Counted from the first letter of the stretch, positions 1 through 13,152 are shown. The stretch: 64,000 bases of DNA from an uncultured Methanosarcinaceae archaeon (GCA_963833425.1 CAWHXP010000003.1:1-64000), one strand, 5' to 3'. Notes: generated by a model not told the origin, from the sequence alone. A program made the numbers and translations.

Positions 1-251
1 GCAAGGTCAGTGACATTTGCAATATCAAGACCTTCCATTGCTTTTTTAAGCTTCTCTAGAATTCCTCCGGCTTGGAGGGTGTGCCAATAAGCTTCTGCAG
101 TCACTGCAAAGCCGTTAGGGATCTTTATCCCCTTCGAAGTAAGCTCCCTGTACATTTCCCCAAGAGAAGCATTCTTTCCACCCACAAACGGAACATCGTC
201 AATTGTAGTCTCTTGAAACCAACGGATGTACTTGCTCTTAATCTCAGACAT
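1..251 (-). CDS. ppsA: Phosphoenolpyruvate synthase, 5' part (runs off the window edge)
   Basis: Manual translation from ATG at 251: MSEIKSKYIRWFQETTIDDVPFVGGKNASLGEMYRELTSKGIKIPNGFAVTAEAYW. VGGKNASLGEM and PNGFAVTA are the PEP synthase N-terminal motifs. Absent from the ORF track because it is truncated. Confidence 0.93.
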   Translation of the reverse strand, partial: MSEIKSKYIRWFQETTIDDVPFVGGKNASLGEMYRELTSKGIKIPNGFAVTAEAYWHTLQAGGILEKLKKAMEGLDIANVTDL

Positions 252-453
252 TTTCCGAAATCCCCTTTAAAATTATTATTGTGAATAAAAAGTTTGGGAA
301 TAAACTTAAAATTTCATGCATTAGTTGAAAAGTTTTTCCAAATCAGTACAATGTATTCTTGGATTAAGTAGGTTCCACTTGTAATTTATGCATTGATTTT
401 TCGTGAACTACATCTCTTTACGCTCAGATTTTAAGAAGATTTGGAACCGGCAA

Positions 454-1404
454 TCATTCGGAGTTTACGGTATTCTGTGGCTTCCCTTCAAGAAATGTTT
501 CTACATTTTGAACACAGACATTTGTGCACTCCTCAAGGGATTCATGCGATAGAAAAGCAATGTGTGGCGTAAGCGCGACATTTTCAAATTCCATCAGCGG
601 GCTATCTAATGGAAGAGGTTCTTTATCAAAAACATCAAGACCTGCTCCACCAATCTGTTTTTCTCTAAGAGCTTTTATGAGAGCAACTTCATCGACTATC
701 TTTCCTCTGGCTGTATTTATAAGAATTGCACTTGTCTTCATCCTTGCAAGCTCTTTTGTGCCTATCATATTTTTTGTGGATGAAGTGAGTGGTACGTGAA
801 GGGTGATGATATCTGATTCTTTGAGTAATGTATCCAGATCAACAAATTTTACTCCAAGTCTTCTTGCTTTTCTTTCTTCACTCGGACTGCCTGTACCTAG
901 AATAACATCCACATCAAAACCGTGAGCTATCTGTATAACACTAACTCCTATACTACCGGTGCCTATTACCCCAATTGTTTTTCCCAGAAGTTGGTTCCCA
1001 ATATAGTCTCTCCACTCTAAATTCCCCTTTCGTATCCCGATATCTGCGAGATGCACTTTTCGCAGGATATTTAGGGATAAAGCAAAAACCATTTCTGCAA
1101 CTGAATCAAATGCATAGTCAGGAACATTAGATACGATTACACCTTTTTCAGCCGCTGCTTTAATATCTATATGGTCATAGCCGGTTTGCCATAATAAAAT
1201 GATCTTCAGATTTTTAGCGGCACTGAACGCTTCTTCAATAGAAACCATATCTTCCGACAATGACTATATCTGCATCCCTAACTCTCGATATGAATCCTTC
1301 CATGGAAGATGGCATACTTTCAAAAATAGTGAGATTTCCAAGAACCTCAAGTTTTTTCCTGTATTCTTCTGGTTCAAACAAGGATCGGATACCACAATTT
1401 TCAC
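454..1404 (-). CDS. D-isomer-specific 2-hydroxyacid dehydrogenase (glycerate/phosphoglycerate dehydrogenase-like), with two frameshifts near the 5' end
   Basis: ORF 454..1260 has GVIGTGSIG, LHVPLT, INTARG, LDVF and TPHIA motifs. The natural N-terminus (GTG at 1404: MKIVVSDP / EPEEYRKKLEVLGNLTIFESMP...DADIVIVGRYGF) lies in other frames, with shifts near 1378 and 1238. Confidence 0.85.
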
Positions 1405-1425
1405 TTTATCACCCTAAACAATACT

Positions 1426-1799
1426 TTATGTTTTTCCCCAATAGGGTTGAATTCCAAAGTGTGCATACACCTTAGCTAATTCATCACGAGTCAAAGACCA
1501 TTCTTCTTATCGAAACCTTCTGCTTTTCCTAGAACAGATTTGTCAATTCTAAGGATATAATCGTACCTATTCGACTCAAGAGTTTCCCCAAGGAATGGCA
1601 AATAATTTATTACCTATACCAAGAAAACCACCAAAAGAGAGTACTGCATATGCGATTCTCCCCATATTCACATCAACCATCAACTCTTCTATCTTTCCAA
1701 GGTGTTCTTGATTGACATTGATGACCTTTGACTCCTTTATTGTAGTTGTTGGCACAAAATCCCAATCTCCATATCCTGCGTTTCTTCAACTATTCCCAT
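1426..1799 (-). pseudogene. PRC-barrel domain protein, copy 1 (frameshifted; may be sequencing error)
   Basis: Manual translation gives FVPTTTIKESKVINVNQEHLGKIEELMVDVNMGRIAYAVLSFGGFLGIGNKLFAIPW...ELAKVYAHFGIQPYWGKT*, the typical PRC-barrel signature, with several indels. Confidence 0.8.
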
Positions 1800-1800
1800 A

Positions 1801-2166
1801 TTAGTTTCCGATATCGTTAAATTTAATGTGTGCATATACCTTGGCTAATGCGTCACGCGACACACCACTCTTCTTTATCAAAACCTTCCATTTTTTCTAG
1901 AACAGATTTATCAATCCTAAGGATATACTCGCCCCTATTAGACTCAAGAACTTCCCAAGGGATGGCAAATAATTTGTTACCTATACCAAGAAAACCACGA
2001 AAAGAAAGTACTACATAGGCTATTTCTCCTTTTTCTGGATCAATCATCATTTCTTCAAGCATTCCAAGGTGTTCTTCACTAACATGATAACTTTAGACCC
2101 CTTGATTGTAGTTGTTGGCAAAAAAGCTTCATGTTCCATAACCTGCGTTTCTTCCACTATCCCCAT
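1801..2166 (-). pseudogene. PRC-barrel domain protein, copy 2 (tandem paralogue, frameshifted)
   Basis: ORF 1853..2062 reads LEEMMIDPEKGEIAYVVLSFRGFLGIGNKLFAIPWE. ATG at 2166 (MGIVEETQ) follows a GAGGAG RBS. Clearly homologous to 1426..1799. Confidence 0.8.
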
Positions 2167-2181
2167 ATCTAGACTCCTCAA

Positions 2182-2665
2182 ATATTCACCCGCACCGAAT
2201 GCAACTTTAAGTTTTTCTTCCTCTTCTTTGGTAACAGATGTTCTTATTATCGTTGCATTGAACTTGTAAGTCGTTCTAGTGCCTTGTCTTCAGTCCATTT
2301 CTCGATTAAGAGAAACAAAGCAGAACCTCCTGGTTTAATGGTTGCACCCACTTCCTTGATGAAACCATCATTGATTCCATAATCCATCAGTGCACCAGAT
2401 ATTGCACCAGCAATCACCAATGGCTAATCCTAGCCACGGTAACCAGAAAAACAGTCCTATGAGCATGCCCCAGAAGGCTCCGCCTACCATACCTGCACCC
2501 ACGAGATGTGTGGCTTGCTTCACTTTTATTTTCCGTCGGGCTTACGAATGACGACTGCGGAATCCTAAGAACCATCAGTTCTTCTTTTTTAAGTTGATGA
2601 ATAAGTTCATCGATCTTATACGCGCCTTCCTCATTAGGAAACGCAAAAACGATTAGTTCACTAAT
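2182..2665 (-). pseudogene. DUF1269-family membrane protein (several small indels)
   Basis: Joined frames read SELIVFAFPNEEGA...AVVIRKPDGK.IKVKQATHLVGAGMVGGAFWGMLIGLFFWLPWLGLAIG..AGAISGALMDYGINDGFIKEVGATIKPGGSALFLLIEKWTEDKAL, which is the DUF1269 pattern. Confidence 0.8.
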
Positions 2666-2898
2666 GTTCTCATTCTCCTTTATATTTTTTATTTATGCAA
2701 AAGTCAGATGCAGATAGCCTGTTCTTGTTGGGACTTACGTAATTGAGGCACAAAATAAAACAATAAACATTGGGATTTAAAATTTTATTTAATACAGTTA
2801 AAGGTTTAAAGCTATTGATTTTCACATTCAACCGCATAAAATCCTACTGATTACAAATTCGATCTCTTATATTCGATCTCTTAAAATATATGGCTTAA

Positions 2899-3047
2899 TC
2901 ACTCTTCTGTATGCGCTACAGAAGCAGCAAATGCTTTTTCACATTCGATGCACACAAGATCTTCTGAGGCACAGAACATATGTTAGTTGCTTCACAATGC
3001 GGGCATTTACATTTCCATTCTGAAGGATACCAAAATGTTTCTTCCAT
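2899..3047 (-). CDS. Small zinc-ribbon microprotein (CxxC...CxxC), one frameshift
   Basis: AGGAG RBS, then MEETFWYPSEWKCKCPHCEATNI, then in a shifted frame EDLVCIECEKAFAASVAHTEE*. Confidence 0.55.
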
Positions 3048-3066
3048 AATCTCAACTCCTAGTTAG

Positions 3067-3150
3067 TGTGAGAGGTGCTATTCGAACACAGAACCCCTGC
3101 AAGATCAGGCTCTCAATTTTATGTTTTTGGCCTAGCTGAGCTACTCTTAC
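3067..3150 (-). pseudogene. Degenerate tRNA-Leu(GAG) gene
   Basis: Reverse strand GTAAGAG TAGCTCAGCTAGGCCAAAAACA TAAAA TTGAGAG CCTGA TCTTGCAGGGGTTC TGTG TTCGAAT AGCAC CTCTCAC A (84 nt). The acceptor stem pairs at 6 of 7 positions, the T-loop is TTCGAAT, the variable arm is long and the anticodon is GAG. The anticodon and D stems are broken. Confidence 0.75.
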
Positions 3151-4236
3151 GCACGATTTATGCTTCAACCAACTAATCCCACTATGTGAAATAATGTACG
3201 TAGAATACATATTTTTAAAAGTGGTGGGATTTCCGCGAACCTCAAGTTTTTTCCGAGATTTCTTTTATAAAAAAAGGAGAGCGCTTAGACATTGGTTCAG
3301 AGTACATCATTGATTGTGTCCCTGTCGATTGTTCATGTTGCATGTTTAACTACTCCTTTCACATACCTTCACAATACAGAATTTTAGATCGTGCTCTTGA
3401 ATCATTCATCAAATCTGAAAACCGAGTATATCCCCAATTTTTAAGAAAATGCAGATTGAATCCTATGCTCACGATTTTCAACAACATATAGCTACGCTCC
3501 ATTCTATCCCATAAACGACTTGATTTTTTTTAATTATAAGATGTTTTAAAAAAAAAATGTTAGAGGAGTTTGATAAACCCTAAATTTTGGCGAGTTGTTT
3601 ATATACTAATCATTCAAATCATATTAAATAATTTATAAAAAAAATGGTTTGAAACTAAAAAATATTTCTACCAAAAATATTTTAGCATAAAACAACAATT
3701 TGATATTAATGATGTTTTTATTATTTTCGGCGATCTTCAGAAATTTAACATAGAGCTTTTTCCTAAAAAGCAACATAGATTAATTTGATATAATATTCTT
3801 GATTCAATAGTGCTCTATTAGATGGTTAATATTTTTACCTTAGAATGCACTTTGCTCCAAATGCACTCGTTTTCTAAGCATGACTGCATAAAGAAATCAA
3901 AAACTATACATAGTGGAAAATGATATGAAAAGAGCAAGTATGTGATTTATTATGGATAAACACCAATTCATTATTGATCGATCTGCTTATCCCAAAACCA
4001 ACTTTATTTTCATTAATAAGAGTTTCAGAATTCCTTTCATAACAGAAATTCGATTAGCTATTAGGAATTGAAATTTAAGACACAATTTTGAGTTCTAGTC
4101 TCATCTAGCATATTATACTTTATTTTGCATCTCAAGTGCTTAAGTCCTATTAATGAAAACTTTCTGAAAAAGCCCTTCACTGCCCCTGCAAGTTTTTAGG
4201 ATTGAATGTGGAAAATAATTCGGAAAACTTAAAAGT

Positions 4237-4750
4237 CTATTTGGAGATAAGTCTCTTCAGATAGTCAAAAAGAACAGTATGATCTTTGAGCACAAGATCT
4301 GCATGTTGCAACTTTTCAGGCTCAAGTGTGCTCGAACCGCTACACAATAGAGTTCAGCTCTTTAGCAGCAGTAATACCCAGAGGGGAATTCTAATTACAA
4401 TACATTCATTCTTAGTCATGTCAAGTTTTTCAAGGGCTTTGAGGAAGGGAGCTGAGTCAGGTTTCCCGTGTTCCAAATCATCTACATGATAATAACATCA
4501 GAAAGCCTCAAAAAAAACTTATTCATAGCCTTTTCAACAATGTTTCAGCTTATCAGGAAACTGTAGCGAACTTAAAATGTCGTTTTAATTCCTTGACGCA
4601 ATCTAGCAATCTAAAATACCGTTAAAGGGTTTTATCTTATCAAACTCAAAGCTTCGCGTTTTTTATTAGCCAAATACTCTAAATGCTAGGATTCAGGCTC
4701 TCTTCCAGCCTTTTCAAAAATTGCTTTAATTATCGTTCTTTCGCCTTGAG
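4237..4750 (-). pseudogene. HAD-superfamily phosphatase (beta-phosphoglucomutase-like), decayed and 5'-truncated
   Basis: Joined frames read DDLEHGKPDSAPFLKALEKLDMTKNECIVI.NSPLGITAAK.AELYCVAV..LEPEKLQHADLVLKDH (HAD motifs III/IV), with stops and many frameshifts. Confidence 0.75.
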
Positions 4751-5132
4751 ACTCACAGGAGCTGGTCAATATAATCATTTACTATTATCCTTTTTTTATA
4801 GCCAAACAAAACGACACAAATTCATCATACTTTACAGAACTTTCTGTATACTACCCACTTATATCTTTTGCCAACAATTTCTATTACGGATTTATACATT
4901 GTGTGGTTTTTGTTTGATTGTCAACTTAATAGTAATCCTAATTTAATGTTACTCTTTAATTAAGCCTTAGAATCTAATTAAATATCAAATTGAGTAAAAT
5001 TTTGATAAAATAAGCTTTTTTAGTTATTATTAAGAAAATAAATTTTGTGAAAGACAACAAAAATTCATCTAATAATGAGTGAATTTTCCAAAACAGCATA
5101 ATTTTAGCTTAAATTAAGGAAGGAGACTCTAT

Positions 5133-6491
5133 ATGGCATTATTCGGAACAAACGGTGTACGTGGTATCGTTAATGAATACATAACTCCAGAACTGGCAGT
5201 TAATTTAGCTAGAAGTCTTGGTACATACATGGGTTCTAAAGGCACGGTTGCTATAGGATGTGACACTCGAATTTCGGGTCAGATGCTGAAATTTGCCGCA
5301 ATTTCTGGAGCTCTGTCAACAGGCCTCACCGTTATTGATGTGGGAACTGTTCCTACCCCTTCCATCCAGTACTATGTGCGCGACCATGCCGATGCCGGGA
5401 TAGTTGTTACTGCATCCCATAATCCAAGGCAATATAATGGAATTAAATTTATTGCAGGTGATGGCTCGGAATTTTCCAGGGATGGAGAAAAAGACATAGA
5501 AAAAATTTATTATGCGGGGGAATATTCCATCGTATCTTGGGAGAAAACCGGCAACTTCAGTAACGATCCTGGAGTCAATGAATACTACATAAAAAATATT
5601 GTCAACTCAGTAAATGCCGAAGCCATCCGCAGCCGCAGATTCAAAGTAGTTGTAGATACAGGCTGTGGAGCAGGTTCTCTCACTCTTCCTTTTTTGCTCA
5701 GCAAACTGGGTTGCCAAGTATTGACTCTTGAAGCTCAGCCTGATGGAACTTTCCCCTGGCGAAACCCAGAACCTTTACCTGAAGCCCTAACTGAACTTAC
5801 TAAACTCGTAAAAATTACAGGTGCTGACATGGGAGCAGCTCAAGATGGGGATGCGGATAGAGTAGTCCTTATAGATGAAAATGGGGAATTCATAAATGCT
5901 GAAGTTCTGCTTGCCATGATGGCAAAATATATACTTGAGCATGAAAAAGGCCCTATAGTGACTCCTGTTAGCTCTTCTCAACGCATGGCCGACATTGCAA
6001 AGGATGCAGATATCAAACTATATTGGACTGCTGTCGGCTCAATCAACGTTGCCCGGAAAATGATGGAAGTAAATGCAGTATTCGGGGGTGAAGGTAATGG
6101 GGGTCTTATCTTCCCCAAACATCAGTATTGTAGAGACGGAGCAATGGCCTGTGCCATGGTTCTTGAAATCCTGGCTAACGGAAAAAAGATTTCTGATCTT
6201 GCAAAAAGTGTGCCTGAATATTTCAACGCAAAGACAAAAGTCCCCTCTAAAAATATACCAGCCACAATGGAAATAGTGAAGCAAGAAGCTTCAGGACTTG
6301 GGTTCAAGATAGATACTACAGACGGAATCAAAATATGGTACGAAGATGGCTGGGTTCTTATTCGTCCCTCTGGCACAGAACCGATTCTTAGGGTCTTTGC
6401 TGAAGCAAAAAAGCAGGATAGAACAGAGGAACTTATGCAAGAGGGCCTGAATATGGTCAAAAGAGCAGAAAAAGCCTCAACCTGCGAATGA
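5133..6491 (+). CDS. glmM: Phosphoglucosamine mutase / phosphomannomutase (alpha-D-phosphohexomutase)
   Basis: 452 aa with LFGTNGVRG, the phosphoserine motif TASHNP, the metal loop DGDADR and RPSGTEP. Substrate specificity is uncertain. Confidence 0.88.
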   Translation: MALFGTNGVRGIVNEYITPELAVNLARSLGTYMGSKGTVAIGCDTRISGQMLKFAAISGALSTGLTVIDVGTVPTPSIQYYVRDHADAGIVVTASHNPRQYNGIKFIAGDGSEFSRDGEKDIEKIYYAGEYSIVSWEKTGNFSNDPGVNEYYIKNIVNSVNAEAIRSRRFKVVVDTGCGAGSLTLPFLLSKLGCQVLTLEAQPDGTFPWRNPEPLPEALTELTKLVKITGADMGAAQDGDADRVVLIDENGEFINAEVLLAMMAKYILEHEKGPIVTPVSSSQRMADIAKDADIKLYWTAVGSINVARKMMEVNAVFGGEGNGGLIFPKHQYCRDGAMACAMVLEILANGKKISDLAKSVPEYFNAKTKVPSKNIPATMEIVKQEASGLGFKIDTTDGIKIWYEDGWVLIRPSGTEPILRVFAEAKKQDRTEELMQEGLNMVKRAEKASTCE

Positions 6492-6789
6492 ACTTTCGAG
6501 TAAACTAACAACAAATGAATGTGAACTCTTTAATGTAGCAACTTCTTGATAAAAATTTATCACCTTTATCAGCTTTGATAATCCAATTGGACGATTACCA
6601 TAAAAAAAGCAGTGATAAAAACTTTCTGTAAATTTTAAGTTAAGTTTTTGCTTAATGTAATAAATTTGGTTTCTTTAAGGTAGAATTTTCTACTAGATAA
6701 CTTATGAGATACGGGATTTTACAGAAAAATTGGCACAATGGAATTCGGGATCTTCTGGCATGTGGGCCGGTGGACTTTCTTGTAAAGGT

Positions 6790-7090
6790 AATGATGATCT
6801 TGGCACTCTTATCCTCGGAAACTACCTGGATATGTTTGACCATGGCATCTTTTACAAGAATTGAAACCATAATCTACTTCCCTTCCTTTTCGAATCTTGA
6901 TACCTTTTCTGCGAAGTCCTAAAATAAAAATTGTTCAGGTACAGGGATTTGACATTATGTTACTAAGGCTGCAGGCAAACATAAGAGAAAGAATCAAATT
7001 GTAATCTCCTAGTAATCTCAAACAGATTCGAATAGCAGTCAGAGGAGCTCTTACAGCCCCAGCAAAACTGCACTCATACCCACGATGGCA
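6790..7090 (-). pseudogene. Fragment of a ClC chloride channel C-terminus plus the start of a CBS domain
   Basis: FAGAVRAPLTAI...DYNLILSLMFACSLSNIMSN matches the ClC terminal helices. It is followed by FKIRKGREVD and ILVKDAMVKHIQVVSED (CBS entry). The rest of the gene is missing. Confidence 0.7.
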
Positions 7091-7460
7091 TGATTTCCGT
7101 CCCACCATGGATCTGATGTAAAGAGTGTGCTTCAACACATCAATATCACATCTGCAGCACTTTGAGATACCTCTCTGTCCATAATCTATCTTTTTTGTCC
7201 AGCACTTCGATTAGCATAACTGGAGCCAGTTACTTCAGTAAATGAACATGCGAATTTTCGTTACACTGGAAACTTAATTATAAAAATATCAATAGCTTAA
7301 TGAAGAAAAACCTTGAAATTCTCAAAATTTAATGCCGACCTGCCGAAAGTAGGTTCAAATATTACCTTTAAGCCTTGTCATGAAAATTACTTACATAAAG
7401 ATCAAAACTAAATACCGAAATTAATTGGATAACCTTAATTGATAAACTTAGGGGTATAGT

Positions 7461-8090
7461 ATGCCTGAAAATATTGACCTGCCACTGGCAATAAAACACA
7501 GTGAATATGAAGAAAGTATGAAGATACTTGAGATTAAGCTAGGTGAGCTCAAACGCAAGACCCGACAATTGAAGATCCCCATTATTTTTGTTTTCGAAGG
7601 CTGGCATGCATCCGGGCTGGGAGAAGCTATCAATCGTTTTATATTGCCTCTGGATTCGAGAGGATACGATTTTCACACCATGACTTTTGCTTGTTATGGA
7701 GATGAACTTAAACCCTTTCTTCTGCACTTTTGGACTCTTATTCCAGTAAGAGGTAAAATTGCGATATTTGATCAAAGTTGGTACAGCCGGGCAATCGTAA
7801 AACATTTCATGAAGGAAAAATCCAAATACAAACTTGAGAAATGCCAGGGAAAAATAAATTGTTTCTAACGTCAGCTTTCAGATGATGGATACCTTATATT
7901 GAAGTTTTCTCTCCATATCAGTAAAAAAGAGCAAGAAGATCGTTTCAAGAAAATTCAAAAAAAAGGCATCCCCCTAATCATCGATGAATACGAAAAGAAA
8001 AATGAAACGGAACGAGATTTTATCCATGAATATAATAAGTACCTGCCAATTGTAGAAAAAGTGCTTGAAAAAACAGACATGCCATATCAA
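7461..8090 (+). pseudogene. Polyphosphate kinase 2 / polyphosphate:AMP phosphotransferase, nonsense-interrupted and truncated
   Basis: IFVFEGWHASGLGEAINR, IAIFDQSWY and KFSLHISKKEQEDRF are PPK2 motifs. There is an in-frame TAA at 7866-7868, ORF 7899 continues in the same frame, and homology fades after EKTDMPY. Confidence 0.8.
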
Positions 8091-8655
8091 AAAATTACCT
8101 GCTTTTTCAGCATGATTCACGATCCACCAGTTTTCTCAGGATTTTAAGCTTGGGAATTTAATACGCCAAAACTGAAGAATTATTGATGCCATTGACAGAG
8201 GAAAACAAAGCAATGGATGTATCGATTGATGTATCAATATTAAAACGATATTGAAGGCATTAGATCATTAATTTGGAGGAATATTAGTTGAAAACAGATG
8301 CCTTCAGTTTTTTTCGTCAAACTCTTATACAAATTGGAAAGATTTTAATAAATATCCAAATTTAATTTACATTTATAAAATTAGATATGACAACTCGTGA
8401 AAATAAGAGTCTCATCTAAATCCTCTTTAGGATACGATTGTTGTTTTGACGTAAAGATCATATAAAAATAAGCTTCATCGTACTTCAATATTCAGTACAT
8501 CCATTTCGAATTAATCACTAAAGCGATGGATTTTTGCTTTCAGGAGAGCCGCTATTTCTGATCTTTAAGAGCATTTTCTCTATCTTTATACTTAACACAA
8601 AGTGATGCTTCAATGAACATACAGAATGACTTTTATGAACGAGATCTACTATCAT

Positions 8656-8688
<33 letters not shown>

Positions 8689-8951
8689 TATAATAATTTA
8701 TAATTATATGAGTCAATATATTCCCTACGTACTCATATACAACTACATGAACACGAAGCTTATATTATGCTGAAAAGTCGACGACTCTAATCTTCCAGCT
8801 TCAGGAATGGAACTCTGTTGAGGAAGGAAATATACCATTTTCGGAGTTAAAAGAGCGAGCTCCTTTGTGCTGAAAATACAGAAGAATTAAAAAATGAAGA
8901 CAAAATCATAATAGAAAGAGATCTATTTGTTCCCTTCCCTTATGCTTCAAT

Positions 8952-9206
8952 TCATGCCCTTGCTTTCATCTTGTCCACTATAATGTAGTCCTTAATGGCG
9001 CTTACGGAATCAAAAGGCATAAGAATATAGTTGTCCACTTTTTTGTACCTTGAAGTGTCAAAGTTTGGATTTGGGGTGATCATCAGGTCAATGATGTTTC
9101 CCCCTTTACTCTCGATTATAATGTTGCTCAGCGTTCCTATCTCCGTTCCGTCGGTAGCCATTACCTGCTTGTTGAAGAGAAGGTTCCTTGCAAATACTGT
9201 CGACAT
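8952..9206 (-). CDS. PRC-barrel domain protein
   Basis: MSTVFARNLLFNKQVMATDGTEIGTLSNIII...LMPFDSVSAIKDYIIVD is an archaeal PRC-barrel pattern. It lies just downstream of cdc48. Confidence 0.85.
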   Translation of the reverse strand: MSTVFARNLLFNKQVMATDGTEIGTLSNIIIESKGGNIIDLMITPNPNFDTSRYKKVDNYILMPFDSVSAIKDYIIVDKMKARA

Positions 9207-9353
9207 TTTATATCGTGTCTCCATTCTCAATCTTATGCGGATTAGGGTAAACCTGGCTTTTCACTTAGGATAATTTACTCCAATTGGAGCTATATTCTTT
9301 AAAAACTTTTCTGTTCAAGTGCTCATCCTTTAAAAAATTAATCATTTCATTTC

Positions 9354-11692
<2,339 letters not shown>

Positions 11693-11750
11693 AGGTCATC
11701 CCGAAAATAGTTGTCTTCTTTGTTGCAATTTATATTCAATTATAAAAAAT

Positions 11751-11867
11751 TGGGTTTGTCCGTGAGTTGCTGAAAACCTTGAGCAAAGGACTCTCTTTAA
11801 TTATTCTAAAAATACGAGAATTAAATTCTTTTTTTTAGAATTTATCACGAACTTATGGGCAAACCCA
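11751..11867. repeat. 117-bp element with 18-bp imperfect terminal inverted repeats (MITE-like or RNA hairpin)
   Basis: TGGGTTTGTCCGTGAGTT (11751-11768) pairs with AACTTATGGGCAAACCCA (11850-11867) at 15 of 18 positions. There is also an inner ATTCTAAAAA...TTTTTAGAAT stem. Confidence 0.65.
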
Positions 11868-12381
11868 CAAATTAATAGACCAATAGAGTATATCTAAACT
11901 CTAGATTGCTTATTATACGCTACTCATTTATTTATATTAGGCGCTCTTTTTATTTTAATACCTATGCTCTGAGAAATTTTATCCCATCTTGACTTTTTAT
12001 TATGTGATTAAAAAATCTCGAATTTTCTGTCCAGCATTCATGGCCAAAAAATACCTTAGTGTCCTTTTGGCTATGTTAAGACAACAGTTCTGCTATCATA
12101 GGAGTTCATTGAATAATTAACTATTATATAAGCACATGTCTGGAGATAATATATTTCCAGGATATATTGTCCTTATACCTTATATTTATTAGATAAGCTT
12201 ATCCTTTGTTCCACTTTCTTGTGAAGATCAATATATCTATAGCTTTGGTGTATAAAGTTATTTTATCTCATTCAGACTTTAGCATCATTCGACTTGCTAA
12301 GCATCATTCAAATTTTAATCTTAGTATGGACACTTGTGTAACCCAGACTTTAATATCACGAATGTTCAGGAAATAGACAGC

Positions 12382-13152
12382 ATGAAACTTGAAATAATGC
12401 AGAATAAAATTATTGATTTTATCCGGAATGAAACTGATAAAGCAGGTGCTAAAGGGGTTGTTATAGGTATTAGTGGGGGAATAGATTCAGCCCTTACAGC
12501 AGCACTTACCATAAAAGCTCTCGGAAAGGATAAAGTACTCGGAATCCACATGCCTGAATTCGGCCTAACCAGTTCTACAGATAACGGAGAAGCGAAAGCT
12601 CTTGCAGATTGGCTTGGGATAGATTTTAGGACAATTGATATTTCAGGAATTATTTCGGCTTTTATGGCTGCAATTCCTGAGAGCGAATCTGCGGACAAGC
12701 TCAGCAAAGGCAACTTGAAAGCAAGGATAAGGATGTCTCTTCTTTATTTTCATGCAAACCATATGAATCGACTGGTCATGGGAACAAGCAACAAAACTGA
12801 AATTATTCTTGGCTATTACACTAAATACGGAGATGGAGGAGTTGATCTTGAACCTATAGCCAGGCTTTACAAGACAGAAGTTTGGGAACTCTCTCGCAGA
12901 TTAGGGATTCCGGAATTTATTATTGCCAAAAAACCGTCTGCAGGCCTTTGGGCAGGCCAAACAGATGAAGATGAACTTGGAATTTCTTATATAAAGCTGG
13001 ATAATGTGCTAATGATGCTTGAACAAAATAAAGCTCCTGAAATTATTATGAGTACTGTTGGAGTTTCCATAGAGCAACTGAACTCCGTAATGAAGCGCAT
13101 CGAGAGAAGCGAGCATAAAAGAAAAATTCCGCCTGTCCCTGAAATATGCTAA
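12382..13152 (+). CDS. nadE: NH3-dependent NAD+ synthetase
   Basis: GISGGIDS, GNLKARIRM, GTSNKTE, TKYGDGG and PSAGLWAGQTDE motifs. Confidence 0.95.
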   Translation: MKLEIMQNKIIDFIRNETDKAGAKGVVIGISGGIDSALTAALTIKALGKDKVLGIHMPEFGLTSSTDNGEAKALADWLGIDFRTIDISGIISAFMAAIPESESADKLSKGNLKARIRMSLLYFHANHMNRLVMGTSNKTEIILGYYTKYGDGGVDLEPIARLYKTEVWELSRRLGIPEFIIAKKPSAGLWAGQTDEDELGISYIKLDNVLMMLEQNKAPEIIMSTVGVSIEQLNSVMKRIERSEHKRKIPPVPEIC

